A stretch of 64,000 nucleotides of DNA from an uncultured Candidatus Saccharibacteria bacterium (GTDB taxonomy: Bacteria > Patescibacteriota > Dojkabacteria > SC72). A program made the position numbers and the translations under genes. Shown in pieces: positions 47,443-58,900 of the stretch; position 1 is the stretch's first letter; every line of letters starts with the position of its first letter. Location: positions 15,338 to 79,337 of the forward strand of contig CAZZPP010000004.1 in the NCBI GenBank assembly GCA_964655705.1, read 5' to 3'. The notes beneath the pieces are model-generated. The model did not search any database, had not been told where the DNA came from, and worked only from the letters and a program-made list of their open reading frames with translations.

Positions 47443-49150
47443 ATTTCTGTTTTTCTTTAGTTAAATCCTGAAATTCTTTAAAAAGCCTTTCACTTTCTTT
47501 AACATCTCCAATCTCCTCTGCAGATGCTATTCTGATACCATACTCTCGCTCCTCTCTTTGAAAGTACTCCTTTACTATACTATTATATATCCCTTCTAGT
47601 TCATCTATATCACTATCTTCTTTTGAAAAAGAAAAAATACTATTTTCAATTAACTCCTTAAGTATACTATCATTTTCAAAATTCTTTAAGATGTCCTCTC
47701 TTGAGGAGTTTGGATATTTAATAATGAAAGAGAGTATTTCTTTAACCTTTTCATCATGGAAAAATTTGAGTTCAAATTTATGAATATTTTTAAAATTCTT
47801 CTGAAAGAGTACAGACTCAAGGAAAAAGGCCTCTCTTTCAACCTTTTTAGGGGTACCTTCTTCACATGGGGTCCCGTCGCGTGAAACTTCATTTTTCGAG
47901 TAGTTTTTGAAAGCGTCAATTTGTGTTATATTGTAGGCCTTTTTCACATAGAATAAAAGATTTGAACGGCTTTTAACGTGTGATAGCAACGTTTTGACCC
48001 ATGTGACAGTCTTTTGGTACTCTTCATACCTGTTAAGATCTTTGTCACTTATATACTGAGTAAGCAAATAGGTGTACGCATCTATCCTTTTGTTAACAAG
48101 CCTTTTGAAGCCCTTTGGGTTCTCTCTAATCATCTCATCTACGTCTTTGTATGGATTTGTACTACTTGCGTAGGTATTTAGTGATAGCTCTTGAGCTAAG
48201 ATGAAAGCTCTTTCTAGTGCTTTCTGTCCTGGCAGGTCACTATCAAAAAGAAACATGACATTCTTTGTAAGCTTAGATATCTTCTCTAGTTGTTCTTTAG
48301 TGAGTGCTGTACCTAGTGGTGCAACGATATTCTTTATTCCTATCTGATGGGCAGAGATTACATCAGTTGTTCCCTCACAAATAATTATGAGATCATCTTT
48401 TCTGGCCTGTTGTCTTGATTCATACTGGCCATACAGGTTGTCCTTCTTGTGGTATATGGGTGTTTCTGGAGAGTTCATGTATTTGGGACCATACTCGTTT
48501 CCTGGTAGCACTCTTCCAGTAAAAGCTATTACTTTCCCAGATGTAGATCTAATTGGAAACATTACTCTTTTGTAGAATTTTCCTCTTAATTTTCCCTCTT
48601 TCTCAACAAACAAACCCGAACTTAGTAATTCATTTCTTGAGTATTTAGTTTCTTGTTGTAAAAAATTTAGTAACTCTACACCACCTGGAGAGTAGCCTAT
48701 ACCAAATTTTTTAATACTCTCGTTATCTATCCCCCTGTCCTTAACATATGTAAGAACCTCTTTGTAATTATCACTTTTAATTTGTCTGTAGAAAAAGATT
48801 GCAGCCTTCTCGTTAATTTCTTCTAGCCTTTGAAATTGTGTATTCCCTTTTTTCTTTTGTAATGTTACACCTGCCTCTTTTGCAAGTTTTTCAAGTGTCT
48901 CAGGAAAGTCAATATTCTCAATCTTTTGTATAAAGGTAAATATGTCCCCAGACTCACCACATCCAAAGCATTTGTATCTCTGTAATTCAGGACTAACTAT
49001 GAAAGAAGGTGTTTTCTCAACATGAAAGGGACATTTCCCAGAGTAGTTCTTACCAGCCTGCTTAAGTTGAACATATTTCCCGATTACATCTACAACATCT
49101 AATCGATTTCTTATCTCTTCAATCTGATCTCTTGATGATTCCATACCCAA
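47420..49150 (-). CDS. dnaG: DNA primase
   Basis: Zinc finger CPFHVEKTPSFIVSPELQRYKCFGCGESGD, TOPRIM ICEGTTDVISAHQIG. Confidence 0.9.
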   Translation of the reverse strand: MGMESSRDQIEEIRNRLDVVDVIGKYVQLKQAGKNYSGKCPFHVEKTPSFIVSPELQRYKCFGCGESGDIFTFIQKIENIDFPETLEKLAKEAGVTLQKKKGNTQFQRLEEINEKAAIFFYRQIKSDNYKEVLTYVKDRGIDNESIKKFGIGYSPGGVELLNFLQQETKYSRNELLSSGLFVEKEGKLRGKFYKRVMFPIRSTSGKVIAFTGRVLPGNEYGPKYMNSPETPIYHKKDNLYGQYESRQQARKDDLIIICEGTTDVISAHQIGIKNIVAPLGTALTKEQLEKISKLTKNVMFLFDSDLPGQKALERAFILAQELSLNTYASSTNPYKDVDEMIRENPKGFKRLVNKRIDAYTYLLTQYISDKDLNRYEEYQKTVTWVKTLLSHVKSRSNLLFYVKKAYNITQIDAFKNYSKNEVSRDGTPCEEGTPKKVEREAFFLESVLFQKNFKNIHKFELKFFHDEKVKEILSFIIKYPNSSREDILKNFENDSILKELIENSIFSFSKEDSDIDELEGIYNSIVKEYFQREEREYGIRIASAEEIGDVKESERLFKEFQDLTKEKQKYEQNSGL

Positions 49151-49170
49151 TTATACCAATTTCTGGGGAT

Positions 49171-50106
49171 TTATTCGCATACTAATTCATTATTTACAAT
49201 ATTGCAGGTTACTTGCCCAATACCACTTTGAGCAGAGGAGGCTATCTCAATTTCCTGCTGGTTAACTGTAACGGATGTATTTTGTACTCTTCCTGTTACT
49301 AGTGTAAAGCTATTTAATACAATGTATTCATGCTCAGTATTTGGCTGAAGTACCTGAGATATTTTGTTCTCTCCATCAATATCAAGTTTAATCCAGGAGG
49401 GGGATTGAGATATTGTTAGAGTTAGTAAGAAGTCCTTCTCAACTTCTTCAATTTCATTCTCTTGCTCAATTGGGGAGTAGACGACTTTCAATGTCTTTGT
49501 TGTTACTAATTGAGTGTTTGTTTCTTTCCACGCCTTTATCAATATTGTGTTCACACCCTGTGTTAATTTGTACGATGTCTCAAATTCTCCAATATCATTA
49601 ACATCAACTTGTACACTATTTATTTCTACGATTGTAAGGGACTGTGTACTTCCCTTTATGAGGACTTCTTCTACGGGAGATACATACTCATCTTCTGGCT
49701 GAAGAATTGTTAATACAGGTGGTTTTTGAAATTTGTATATCTGGAACCCAATATATCCAATTACTGAAAGAAGAAAGAGGGAGAGAATGAATATCCCAAT
49801 GAATTTTGGAGATATCTTTAAACGTTCTTTCTTTACTTTACGATTTCTCTTTCTACTAGGTTTCTTCTCTACTGGTTGTGTACTTCTTCTGTAAAGTGCA
49901 AGAATCTTTTGGACATCTAGGCCAAGATATTTTGCATAGATTTTTAGGAAACCTGAGGCAAAGACAGATGAGTCAAACTTCTCAAACTGATTACTTTCAA
50001 TATATTCTAAGTATCTTTTTTGGATTTTAGTATCTAAGGATACTGTACTTAAATTCTTACCAAGAGATTCCCTCTTGTTTTTAATTATTTCTCCTGCGGT
50101 TATCAT
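49171..50106 (-). CDS. rodZ: RodZ-like cytoskeletal protein (XRE-type HTH - TM - C-terminal domain)
   Basis: N-terminal HTH with TKIQKRYLEYIESNQF (cf. RodZ TKI.K.YLEAIE), basic linker, one TM, C-terminal beta domain. Confidence 0.6.
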   Translation of the reverse strand: MITAGEIIKNKRESLGKNLSTVSLDTKIQKRYLEYIESNQFEKFDSSVFASGFLKIYAKYLGLDVQKILALYRRSTQPVEKKPSRKRNRKVKKERLKISPKFIGIFILSLFLLSVIGYIGFQIYKFQKPPVLTILQPEDEYVSPVEEVLIKGSTQSLTIVEINSVQVDVNDIGEFETSYKLTQGVNTILIKAWKETNTQLVTTKTLKVVYSPIEQENEIEEVEKDFLLTLTISQSPSWIKLDIDGENKISQVLQPNTEHEYIVLNSFTLVTGRVQNTSVTVNQQEIEIASSAQSGIGQVTCNIVNNELVCE

Positions 50107-50127
50107 ATTGTGAAGAGTATATCAAAA

Positions 50128-52338
50128 CTAGAAATCTTCTGATATATCTTCTGAAGATGAGCCTAAGATCTCAGAAGAAGAGGAAACGAGGACATCCCTT
50201 GGTTTCGCTCCATCTTGCTTTCCAACAGCACCACACTTTTCAAGTTGCTCTATTAATCTTGCAGCCTTGTTGTACCCAATACTCATTCTCCTTTGAAGTA
50301 AGGATGCAGATGCTTTCCCTTCTGCAATTACAACATCTAGAGCTTGAGGGAATTCTGGCTCTCTCTCGTCAGATATTCCGTTAGGTCCACCTCCAGTAGA
50401 AACTGCTTTCATGATATCAAGTCTTTCATCCTCCTCTTCATCTACAGACTGGGTTTTAATCTGATTAATAATATCCAAACTATCCTCTGTAGAGATGTAG
50501 CAACCCTGTATTCTAATTGGTTTAGACATTGTTTGATCTTTGTAAAGCATATCTCCATTACCCAAAAGATTTTCGGCACCTGTTTGATCAAGAATTACTC
50601 TTGAGTCCATAGCAGAGGGTACAGCGTATGCAATTCTACCTGCAATATTTGATTTAATTAATCCTGTTATTACAGTTACAACAGGTCTCTGGGTAGCAAG
50701 TATTAGGTGTATTCCTACGGCTCTCCCTAGTTGGGCAATTCTTTGTATTTTAGCTTCTACATCTGGGCCAGCAACAAGCATTAAATCTGCCATTTCATCT
50801 ATTACTATGATGAGGTATGGCATAGCAGGATATCCCATCTTCTGGTTGTATTGAACGATATTCTTTACAAGAACCTGCTTTAATACCCTATACCTCTTCA
50901 TCATCTCTGCAGTAGCCCATTGCAAAGCATTTACAACAAGTTCCATATCATTAATGACGGGGGTTAAGAGATGGGGAATACCGTTGTAAGCTTCCATTTC
51001 AACCATCTTGGGATCAACTAGGATTAACTTTACCTCATCAGGGGTTTTCGTAAGAAGAAGACCTCCTAAGATGGAGTTGATTCCAATTGATTTCCCTGCT
51101 TTAGTCATACCAGCTATTAAGAGGTGAGGCATATTTACTAAATCCCTTACCTCAGGACTCCCTGCAATATCTCTACCAAGGATTAAGGGTAATTCATATC
51201 TATCTGCTTCTGAGAGCAGTTTTTTAGACATCTCTTTCATATATACATAGTTAGGACTCTTGTTGGGTATCTCAATCCCGATATATGAGGTCCCGGGTAT
51301 TGGGGCTTCAATTCTCATCTGTCCTTTGCTTACTTTTAATGCGACCTCAATATCACTACTTTGTCTTTTAACCCTGTTTACAGCAACACCAGCTGGAATT
51401 GCTAATGCATATCGCACGACGGTAGGTCCAATTGTAATTCCTACAACCTTAGCAGGAATCTTGAAACTCTTAAGTACAGACTCAATTACCCTAGCCTCAT
51501 TCTTGTATGCCTCTTTAGGCTGTTCACTTTTTACAGGTTCTTGTAATCTATCAATACTAGGATATTTCCAGTTAAGATATTTAGGTTGAGACGGGGAGGA
51601 AGATATATCTCCTTGAGTAGAATTAATGACTGGGGTAGGGTTAGAAACCGGCCTAGAAACAGGGCTTATCCCAATCTCATCCCTAAGGTTTTCACTATCT
51701 TGTATATGTAATTGATCATCTTTCTCAACTCTTAGATCTCCTTGATCTAAATTATCGTCTTCTCCACTTATGAGCATCTTTCCTTCTCCCATTGAGGTTG
51801 AGAGTCTCTCTGGTAAATCTTTGAAGGAAATTTTAGAGAACAACTGGCCAATCACTTCCGCTATTTGTTTAATTTGGACTCCAGTAATTAGGGAAAATGC
51901 AACAATCAGAAGCAGTATGAGGATGATTAATTCCAAGAAATTCCCTACAGTATCATTAATCCCCCTATGTAAAATCTTACCTAGTGTACCTCCCGCTCTT
52001 TGCAATGTTTGAGTCTCCTCCAAACTCTCTAAGGGTACCCAGAATGTTAAAAGAGCATTAAGGGTAATCGAAAAAAGAAGAAATCCAAAAATCTGAATCT
52101 TTTTACCAAAGTATTTTCCCTGTGTAAGCAGATTAATTGAAGTAATTGTTATGGTAATTCCCCATACAACGCAGGACCATCCTAAAAGAGTAGAGATATA
52201 TACAAAGATTGGGGCATCTTCTTTAACAAAAGGAGTTATTATCAAGGCTATACCCAAAACAAGTAGTACTAGGCCTACAAAGGTCTTGGTTTCAGAACTC
52301 TTAATATTTATTTCTTTCTTTTTCTTTTTTCTTGACAT
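50128..52338 (-). CDS. ftsK: DNA translocase FtsK/SpoIIIE
   Basis: N-terminal 4-5 TM, Walker A LLIAGMTKAGKS, C-terminal gamma winged helix (LLQRRMSIGYNKAARLIEQLEKCGAVG). Confidence 0.9.
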   Translation of the reverse strand: MSRKKKKKEINIKSSETKTFVGLVLLVLGIALIITPFVKEDAPIFVYISTLLGWSCVVWGITITITSINLLTQGKYFGKKIQIFGFLLFSITLNALLTFWVPLESLEETQTLQRAGGTLGKILHRGINDTVGNFLELIILILLLIVAFSLITGVQIKQIAEVIGQLFSKISFKDLPERLSTSMGEGKMLISGEDDNLDQGDLRVEKDDQLHIQDSENLRDEIGISPVSRPVSNPTPVINSTQGDISSSPSQPKYLNWKYPSIDRLQEPVKSEQPKEAYKNEARVIESVLKSFKIPAKVVGITIGPTVVRYALAIPAGVAVNRVKRQSSDIEVALKVSKGQMRIEAPIPGTSYIGIEIPNKSPNYVYMKEMSKKLLSEADRYELPLILGRDIAGSPEVRDLVNMPHLLIAGMTKAGKSIGINSILGGLLLTKTPDEVKLILVDPKMVEMEAYNGIPHLLTPVINDMELVVNALQWATAEMMKRYRVLKQVLVKNIVQYNQKMGYPAMPYLIIVIDEMADLMLVAGPDVEAKIQRIAQLGRAVGIHLILATQRPVVTVITGLIKSNIAGRIAYAVPSAMDSRVILDQTGAENLLGNGDMLYKDQTMSKPIRIQGCYISTEDSLDIINQIKTQSVDEEEDERLDIMKAVSTGGGPNGISDEREPEFPQALDVVIAEGKASASLLQRRMSIGYNKAARLIEQLEKCGAVGKQDGAKPRDVLVSSSSEILGSSSEDISEDF

Positions 52339-52453
52339 TGTTCTTAGATGACTTAGGTATATATATAATAGAGGAATTTACATCTTTTGACAAAAATTTC
52401 CCACTCATATATTATCCTTTATGTAAAATGATTGCAAAAGCACAAAAAAGCCT

Positions 52454-52482
52454 TTGACTATATTGCTAGAATGTGATAAACT
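52454..52482 (+). promoter_or_regulatory. Candidate rpoB promoter TTGACT-17-TAAACT with about 125-nt leader
   Basis: Hexamers seen at 52454-52459 and 52477-52482; leader contains AT-only inverted repeat TTAATTA...TAATTAA. Confidence 0.35.
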
Positions 52483-52608
52483 CCCGAGAGTCAGTTAATT
52501 ATTGCTTTAATTAAAGCGGTTAATACAGTATTCCTGAATCATTTTATAGAGTGATTTGGGATTTATCGCTTTGTTGGATGTAATTTATAACCTATAAACC
52601 ACTGTTCT

Positions 52609-55600
52609 ATGATTGAACCCAAGCGAAATAGAGCTTCCAGACTTAATCTGGGGAAAGGTTTCTCCTCATCTTTCGAAGTCCCAAGTCTAATTGAAGCTCA
52701 GAAATCTTCGTTTAAAGACTTTTACGAAGGAGGTTTCCAAAGACTTTTTGAAGAGATTAATCCAGTTAAGGACACTATGGAAAGAATGTGGACCCTGGAA
52801 TTTAAATCATTTAGATATGGAGAACCGAATGGAAGTATAGAGGAGGTAATTGCGAAAGGTCTCTCCTATGAAGTCCCTGTATATGCAACTGTTCAACTCT
52901 TAAACAACAAGACTGGAGAGATTAAAGAACAGGAGATATTTGTTGCAGATCTTCCCATGATGACCGATGATGGTGCATTTGTAGTTAATGGGGTGAGAAG
53001 AGTTGTTACTCATCAGATTGTAAGAGCAGAGGGTGTCCTTTTTGAGGAGGCAGATGTATTGCCTTACAGAACCTTGCATAAGGCAAGATTGATGCCGGGT
53101 AGAGGACCATGGTATGAGATTGAGACGAATAAGTACAATGTAATATCTATGAGGATATTACCTAAGAGACCAAGGGTATTAGTAACTGAGTTTTTGAGAG
53201 TTCTGGGCTACGAGAGTGATCAAGAGATCTTAAAACTTTTCAAAGATGTAGATACTCACCAAGAGTATAAATATATTGAGGCAACGTTAGCGAGAGATTT
53301 TACTAAGAGTAAGGAAGATGCGATCATAAGTATATATAACAAATTAAGGCCTGATGAGTCTGTAACTATCGAGAGTGCTGAAAAATATATTAAAAGTAAC
53401 TTCTTTAACAAGAGAAAGTTTGATTTAGGTAAAATAGGTAGGTATCAGCTAAATAGGAAATTGGGTACATCATATGATGTAAATAATCCTGATGAAGCTC
53501 TCCTGTATCCAGAAGATATAATCCTTATCGTTAAGAAATTAATTAAGATAAATAATGGTGTTGAGCCTGCTGATGATATAGACCACCTTTTCAATAGAAG
53601 GATTAGAAGTGTAGGAGAAGTATTAGAGAGACAGCTCCTTGGTGGAATTAGAAGATTAGAGAAGAATATCAAAGATAAAATGAGTCTTTACGGTCAAGAT
53701 GCTAAGGTTACTCCTTCTATGTTAGTTGGAACTAAACCGATAGCCGCATCAATTCAATCTTTCTTTGGTGCAAATCAGTTGTCTACATTTATGGATCAGA
53801 CTAATATCCTAGCTGAGCTTGAAAATAAGAGGAAGGTTACTGCTGCTGGTCCAGGGGGTATAGTTAAAGAAAGAGCAACCTTTTCTATTCGTGAGGTTCA
53901 TAACTCTCAATATGCGAAATTTGATCCTGTTACAAGTCCGGAGAGTGCAAATATTGGTGTTGTTACGCAACTTTCCATTCTTGCAAAAGTAAATGAGTAT
54001 GGTTTTTTAGAATCACCATACAGAAGGGTTAAAAAAGAGGTTAAGAATTCTAAGGGTGATCTTTTAAACAGGATTTTAGATGAAAATATTAAGGGTATTG
54101 CTAAGAATGGAGAATTGGTTACAAAAGAGATAGCAGACAAGATTAATTCTAAAAAGGAGTTAAAGAGTATTAAAGTTAAGCCATTCATCTCTGAAGAGGT
54201 AGACTATTTAGATGCGCTTGATGAAGAGGAAATGTATATTAGTATTCCTTCAGTTAATACAGATGAGCATAACAATATCCTTGAGGTATTAGTACCAGTT
54301 CGACATGCAGGAGACTTCATTTTAGAGGATGTAAATCTTGTTGATCATGTAGATGTCTTAACATATCAGCAAGCTGGTTTAGGAATGGCTTTAATTCCAT
54401 TTGTTTCCCATGATGAAGCTATGAGGGCACTAGCTGGAGCAAATATGCAGAGGCAGGGTGTACCTTTAGTTAAACAAGAAGCACCATTGGTTGGAACTGG
54501 TGTTGAGGAGATTGTTGCAAGACAATCAAATTGGTGTGTATTTGCATCAGATGATGGGGAGGTTTTGTATGTAGACGCAGACAAGCTTACTGTAAATTAC
54601 AAAAAAAATGGTATTCAGGATTACAGAGTTATTAACTTCTACAGAACAAATGATAATACCTCTTTCTCGCAAAGGGCTGCAGTAGTACAGGGTCAGAAAT
54701 TTAAAAAGGGAGATATCTTAGTTGATGGTCCTACATCTGTTGGTGGTGAACTAGCTATTGGGATTAATTTAAGAGCTGCTTTGATGTTCTACGAAGGGTA
54801 TAACTACGAAGATGCTGTAGTTATCTCTGAAAGAATTGTTAGAGATGACCTACTTACATCTGTACATATTAGAGAGCATAAGGTGGAGGTTCGAGATACA
54901 GAGTTGGGTCCTGAGGTAATTACCGCAGATATTCCTCATGTTAATGACAGGATTTTACAGAAGTTGGATATGGCCGGAATTGTAAGAGAGGGAGTTAAGG
55001 TTAAAGCTGGTGATATCTTGGTAGGAGTCATAGCTCCAAGAGGTGAGAAAGAATTAACAGCTGAGGAAAGGCTCTTACGAGCCATCTTTGGTGAATCAGC
55101 AAGTGATGTAAGAGATAACTCACTTAGATTGCCACATGGAGAGGAAGGAATTGTAATTCATACTCAGAGGCTTTCTGCAGACAAAGGAGACAAATTACCA
55201 CCAGGTGTATTAGAGGAGGTCAAGATTTGGGTAGCAAATACTAAGAAGCTTGGATATGGAGACAAGATATCTGGTAGACATGGAGACAAAAATACTGTTG
55301 CTGCTATCCGTCCAGTTGAAGATATGCCATTTACCGCAGATGGAGAGCCAGTAGATATTGTTCTTACACCTACTTTCCTTAAGAGAATGAATATGGGTCA
55401 GGCAGAAGAAGTTCACTTTGGTCTCTATGCAAAATTGCTTAAAGAAAAATTTGCATTTCCTCTTTTCGAGGATACAAACATGGAATGGTTAGAAAGAGAG
55501 ATGCACAAACAGGGATACAATATTGAGCAGAAAGTAGATCTTTTTGATGGAAGAACGGGGAAGAAATTACCAAGAAAGGTAACTGTTGGAATAAAATATA

Positions 55601-55962
55601 TTCTTAAGTTACACCATATTGCAGATGAAAAAGTACATGCAAGATCTACAGGACCATATACCGCAGTTACACAGCAACCATTAAGTGGTAAGGCTCAAAG
55701 GGGTGGTCAAAGATTCGGAGAAATGGAAGTGTGGGCATTAGAAGCACATGGTGCTCCATATGCTCTTCAAGAGATGTTGACCATTAAATCTGATGATATT
55801 AAGGGTAGATCTGCTGCTTACAAAGCAATAATCCATGGAGAGAAGATAGAGAGTGTAAATGTTCCAGAATCCTTTAAGGTATTAATTAAGGAGTTAAATG
55901 CACTCTGTTTAAATATGGAATTAATTTCAAAAAAATCTCAGGAGGTTTCTGATAATGAATAA
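52609..55962 (+). CDS. rpoB: DNA-directed RNA polymerase subunit beta
   Basis: 1117 aa, full-length RpoB with all conserved blocks. Confidence 0.97.
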   Translation: MIEPKRNRASRLNLGKGFSSSFEVPSLIEAQKSSFKDFYEGGFQRLFEEINPVKDTMERMWTLEFKSFRYGEPNGSIEEVIAKGLSYEVPVYATVQLLNNKTGEIKEQEIFVADLPMMTDDGAFVVNGVRRVVTHQIVRAEGVLFEEADVLPYRTLHKARLMPGRGPWYEIETNKYNVISMRILPKRPRVLVTEFLRVLGYESDQEILKLFKDVDTHQEYKYIEATLARDFTKSKEDAIISIYNKLRPDESVTIESAEKYIKSNFFNKRKFDLGKIGRYQLNRKLGTSYDVNNPDEALLYPEDIILIVKKLIKINNGVEPADDIDHLFNRRIRSVGEVLERQLLGGIRRLEKNIKDKMSLYGQDAKVTPSMLVGTKPIAASIQSFFGANQLSTFMDQTNILAELENKRKVTAAGPGGIVKERATFSIREVHNSQYAKFDPVTSPESANIGVVTQLSILAKVNEYGFLESPYRRVKKEVKNSKGDLLNRILDENIKGIAKNGELVTKEIADKINSKKELKSIKVKPFISEEVDYLDALDEEEMYISIPSVNTDEHNNILEVLVPVRHAGDFILEDVNLVDHVDVLTYQQAGLGMALIPFVSHDEAMRALAGANMQRQGVPLVKQEAPLVGTGVEEIVARQSNWCVFASDDGEVLYVDADKLTVNYKKNGIQDYRVINFYRTNDNTSFSQRAAVVQGQKFKKGDILVDGPTSVGGELAIGINLRAALMFYEGYNYEDAVVISERIVRDDLLTSVHIREHKVEVRDTELGPEVITADIPHVNDRILQKLDMAGIVREGVKVKAGDILVGVIAPRGEKELTAEERLLRAIFGESASDVRDNSLRLPHGEEGIVIHTQRLSADKGDKLPPGVLEEVKIWVANTKKLGYGDKISGRHGDKNTVAAIRPVEDMPFTADGEPVDIVLTPTFLKRMNMGQAEEVHFGLYAKLLKEKFAFPLFEDTNMEWLEREMHKQGYNIEQKVDLFDGRTGKKLPRKVTVGIKYILKLHHIADEKVHARSTGPYTAVTQQPLSGKAQRGGQRFGEMEVWALEAHGAPYALQEMLTIKSDDIKGRSAAYKAIIHGEKIESVNVPESFKVLIKELNALCLNMELISKKSQEVSDNE

Positions 55963-58900
55963 TCACAATCATAAAAATGCTTTCGAAGATTTTGACGCTT
56001 TAAGACTAACTTTGGCTTCACCAGAGAAAGTCTTGGATTGGTCATATGGAGAAGTTACAAAAGCAGAGACAATCAACTACAGAACATTTAGAGCAGAACC
56101 GGATGGTCTTTTCTGTGAGAAGATTTTTGGTCCTACCAAAAACTATGAATGTTACTGTGGTAAGTACAAGAAGATTAGATACAAGGGGATTGTATGTGAC
56201 AAGTGTGGTGTAGAGGTTACAACTAAGGATGTAAGAAGAGAGAGAATGGGTCATATTAAATTGTCTGTACCTGTTGCTCATGTATGGTTTGCTTACGGTA
56301 TTCCAAACAAAATGTCCATTGTATTAGATATGTCTCACAAAAAACTCCTCTCTGTAATCTACTACACTAGATATATGGTTGTGGAGATTGAGAATGAGAA
56401 GAGAAAAGAGATGATTTCTAAATTAGAGGCTCTTAAGAAAGATGAGATTAACAGTCTGAAGACAGAATTGGAAGAGGAATTAAAAGTAACAGAGGCTATG
56501 TATGATAGTGATTTAAAGATTGCTAAGAAGGAAAAGGGTGGTGCTGATTTCAAAATTAGTCAATTAGAACATAAAAAGAAACAAAGTATAGCCAAGGTAA
56601 GAAAAGATTATGCTGAGAGAGAAGAGGAATTAGATAGTTTCTATTCTAAATTACAATTACTAATTGAAAAGGTTGTTGTAGGATCGGTACTTTCTGAGGA
56701 TGAATATATTGATTTAGAGGATAGGGGCTTACTCTTCTTTACTGCATTAATGGGAGCAGAAGCAATTAAAAAACTTCTAGAAGATTTAGATATTGAGGAG
56801 GAGTTAGGGAAATTAAGGAAGAGTGTAAAGAAAGAGAAGGGTGACAAGAAATTGGCATCCATAAGGAGAATACAATACTTGGAAGGATTCAAATTAAATG
56901 GAATTGATCCCAGTTGGATGGTAATTGAGGTATTACCAGTTCTTCCTCCAGAATTAAGACCAATTATTCCTCTACCAGGAGGTAAATTCGCAACATCAGA
57001 TCTTAATGACTTGTATAGGAGAATTATTAACAGAAATAATAGGTTAGCAAGATTAATAGAGATTGGTGCACCTGATGTAATATTGCGAAATGAAAAGAGA
57101 ATGCTTCAGGAGTCTGTTGATGCGGTAATTGATAACTCCCATAGGCCATCTAAGCCTATGATGAATAGTAAGAGACTACCATATCAATCCCTAACTGACG
57201 ATTTAAGAGGTAAGAAGGGTATATTCAGAAAGAATCTTTTAGGTAAGAGAGTAGACTACTCGGGTCGTGCAGTAATTGTTGGAGATCCAAGTTTGAAATT
57301 AGATCAATGTGGTATCCCTAAGTCCGTTGTTTTAGAAATGTTCAAACCTTTCGTCATACATGATTTACTTGATCAAGAACTTGCTCCAAATGTTAGGGTT
57401 GCAAAAGATATGATAGAGGAAGAAGAGGACATTATTTGGGACATCTTAGAAAAAATTATTGATGGGAAACCAGTCCTTTTAAATCGTGCTCCTACATTGC
57501 ATAAGTATAGTATTCAGGCCTTCTACCCTAAGTTAGTGGAAGGTGAAGCTATTAGATTACATCCTTTGGTATGTAAAGCATTTAATGCCGACTTCGATGG
57601 AGACCAAATGTCTGTTCACGTACTTCTTACAGATGAGGCCGTAGCTGAAGCAAAAAGGGATATTATGGCTTCCAGAAATATTGTAAATATATCTAATGGT
57701 GAGGTATTGGCCACACCTGCAAAAGATATGTTACTTGGTTTCTACCTGATGACAGACAAAAATGAGGTTGAGAAACCAAGGATATTTGCATCTGAGGACT
57801 TAGCGATTAAGGCATATGAGAGAGATATCATTAATATTGATGAAGAGATTTTAGTAAAGATTGGAGATGAGGTAGTTAGTACTTCTGTTGGTAGGTGTAT
57901 ATTCAATAGCATACTTCCAGAAGGATATAAATATGTGAATGAGAGGGTAAACGGAGGGATGATTTCTAAAATAGTTGAGGAAATTAAAGATAGATATTCA
58001 CTGGATGTAGTTGTTGAACTATTGGATAACCTTAAGTTAATGGGTTTTAAGTATGCAACAGATTTAGGGTTTTCGTTTGGTACTGAGGATTGTAAAGTAG
58101 ATTTTGATATTAAGGGGAGAATTAAAGAGGTTGAGGACAAAGATTTACAGCTTCAAGAAAACTATCTCCAAGGATTAATAACTGAAAAAGAGAAGGTAAA
58201 TATCTCTACAGAGATGTGGAATGATTTTGCTTCTGATCTCGCAGATGAAGCATGGGAGAAGTTAGACAAGAATAACTCTGTATTTGAAATGGTTGAATCT
58301 AAGGCTAATGGAGGTAAGATCCAAGCCAGACAGGTGCTTACCATTAAGGGTATTGTTAAAGACTCTAGAGGTAACTCCATACCACTTCCAATTAAGGGTA
58401 ACTATAGGGATGGTCTCAATGCTTTTGAGTACTTTGTTGCAGCTAATGGAGGTAGAAAAGGTATTGCAGATAGATCATTAAGAACATCTTCTTCAGGATA
58501 TTTAACCAGAAAGTTAGTAGATGTAGCTCATGACGTAATCGTTCGTTTAGATGATTGTGGATATGAGGGACAGGGTCTTGCGATTAAAAAGAGTGATGAC
58601 AGGAGAATAAGTTTTGATAAGAGAATTTTCGGTCGAGTTGCAGCCCAGGATGTCGTAGATTCCAAGGGTGAAGTCCTTGTTGAAAAGAATACACATATAT
58701 CTAGGGAGGCATCAGAAAAAATTGTAAACGAAGGAATTGAGGAGGTTTTTGTAAGAACCCCAATACTATGTAAATCTCCACTTGGAATATGTAAGAAGTG
58801 TTACGGATTAAATCTGGAGAATGGCAATGATATTGAGATGGGTAAAGCAGTTGGAGTTATTGCAGCACAATCTATTGGTGAGCCTGGTACACAGATGACT

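Noticed and set aside
56042-58380. Several 60-130-aa reverse ORFs inside rpoC
   Set aside because: Shadow ORFs within a highly conserved gene
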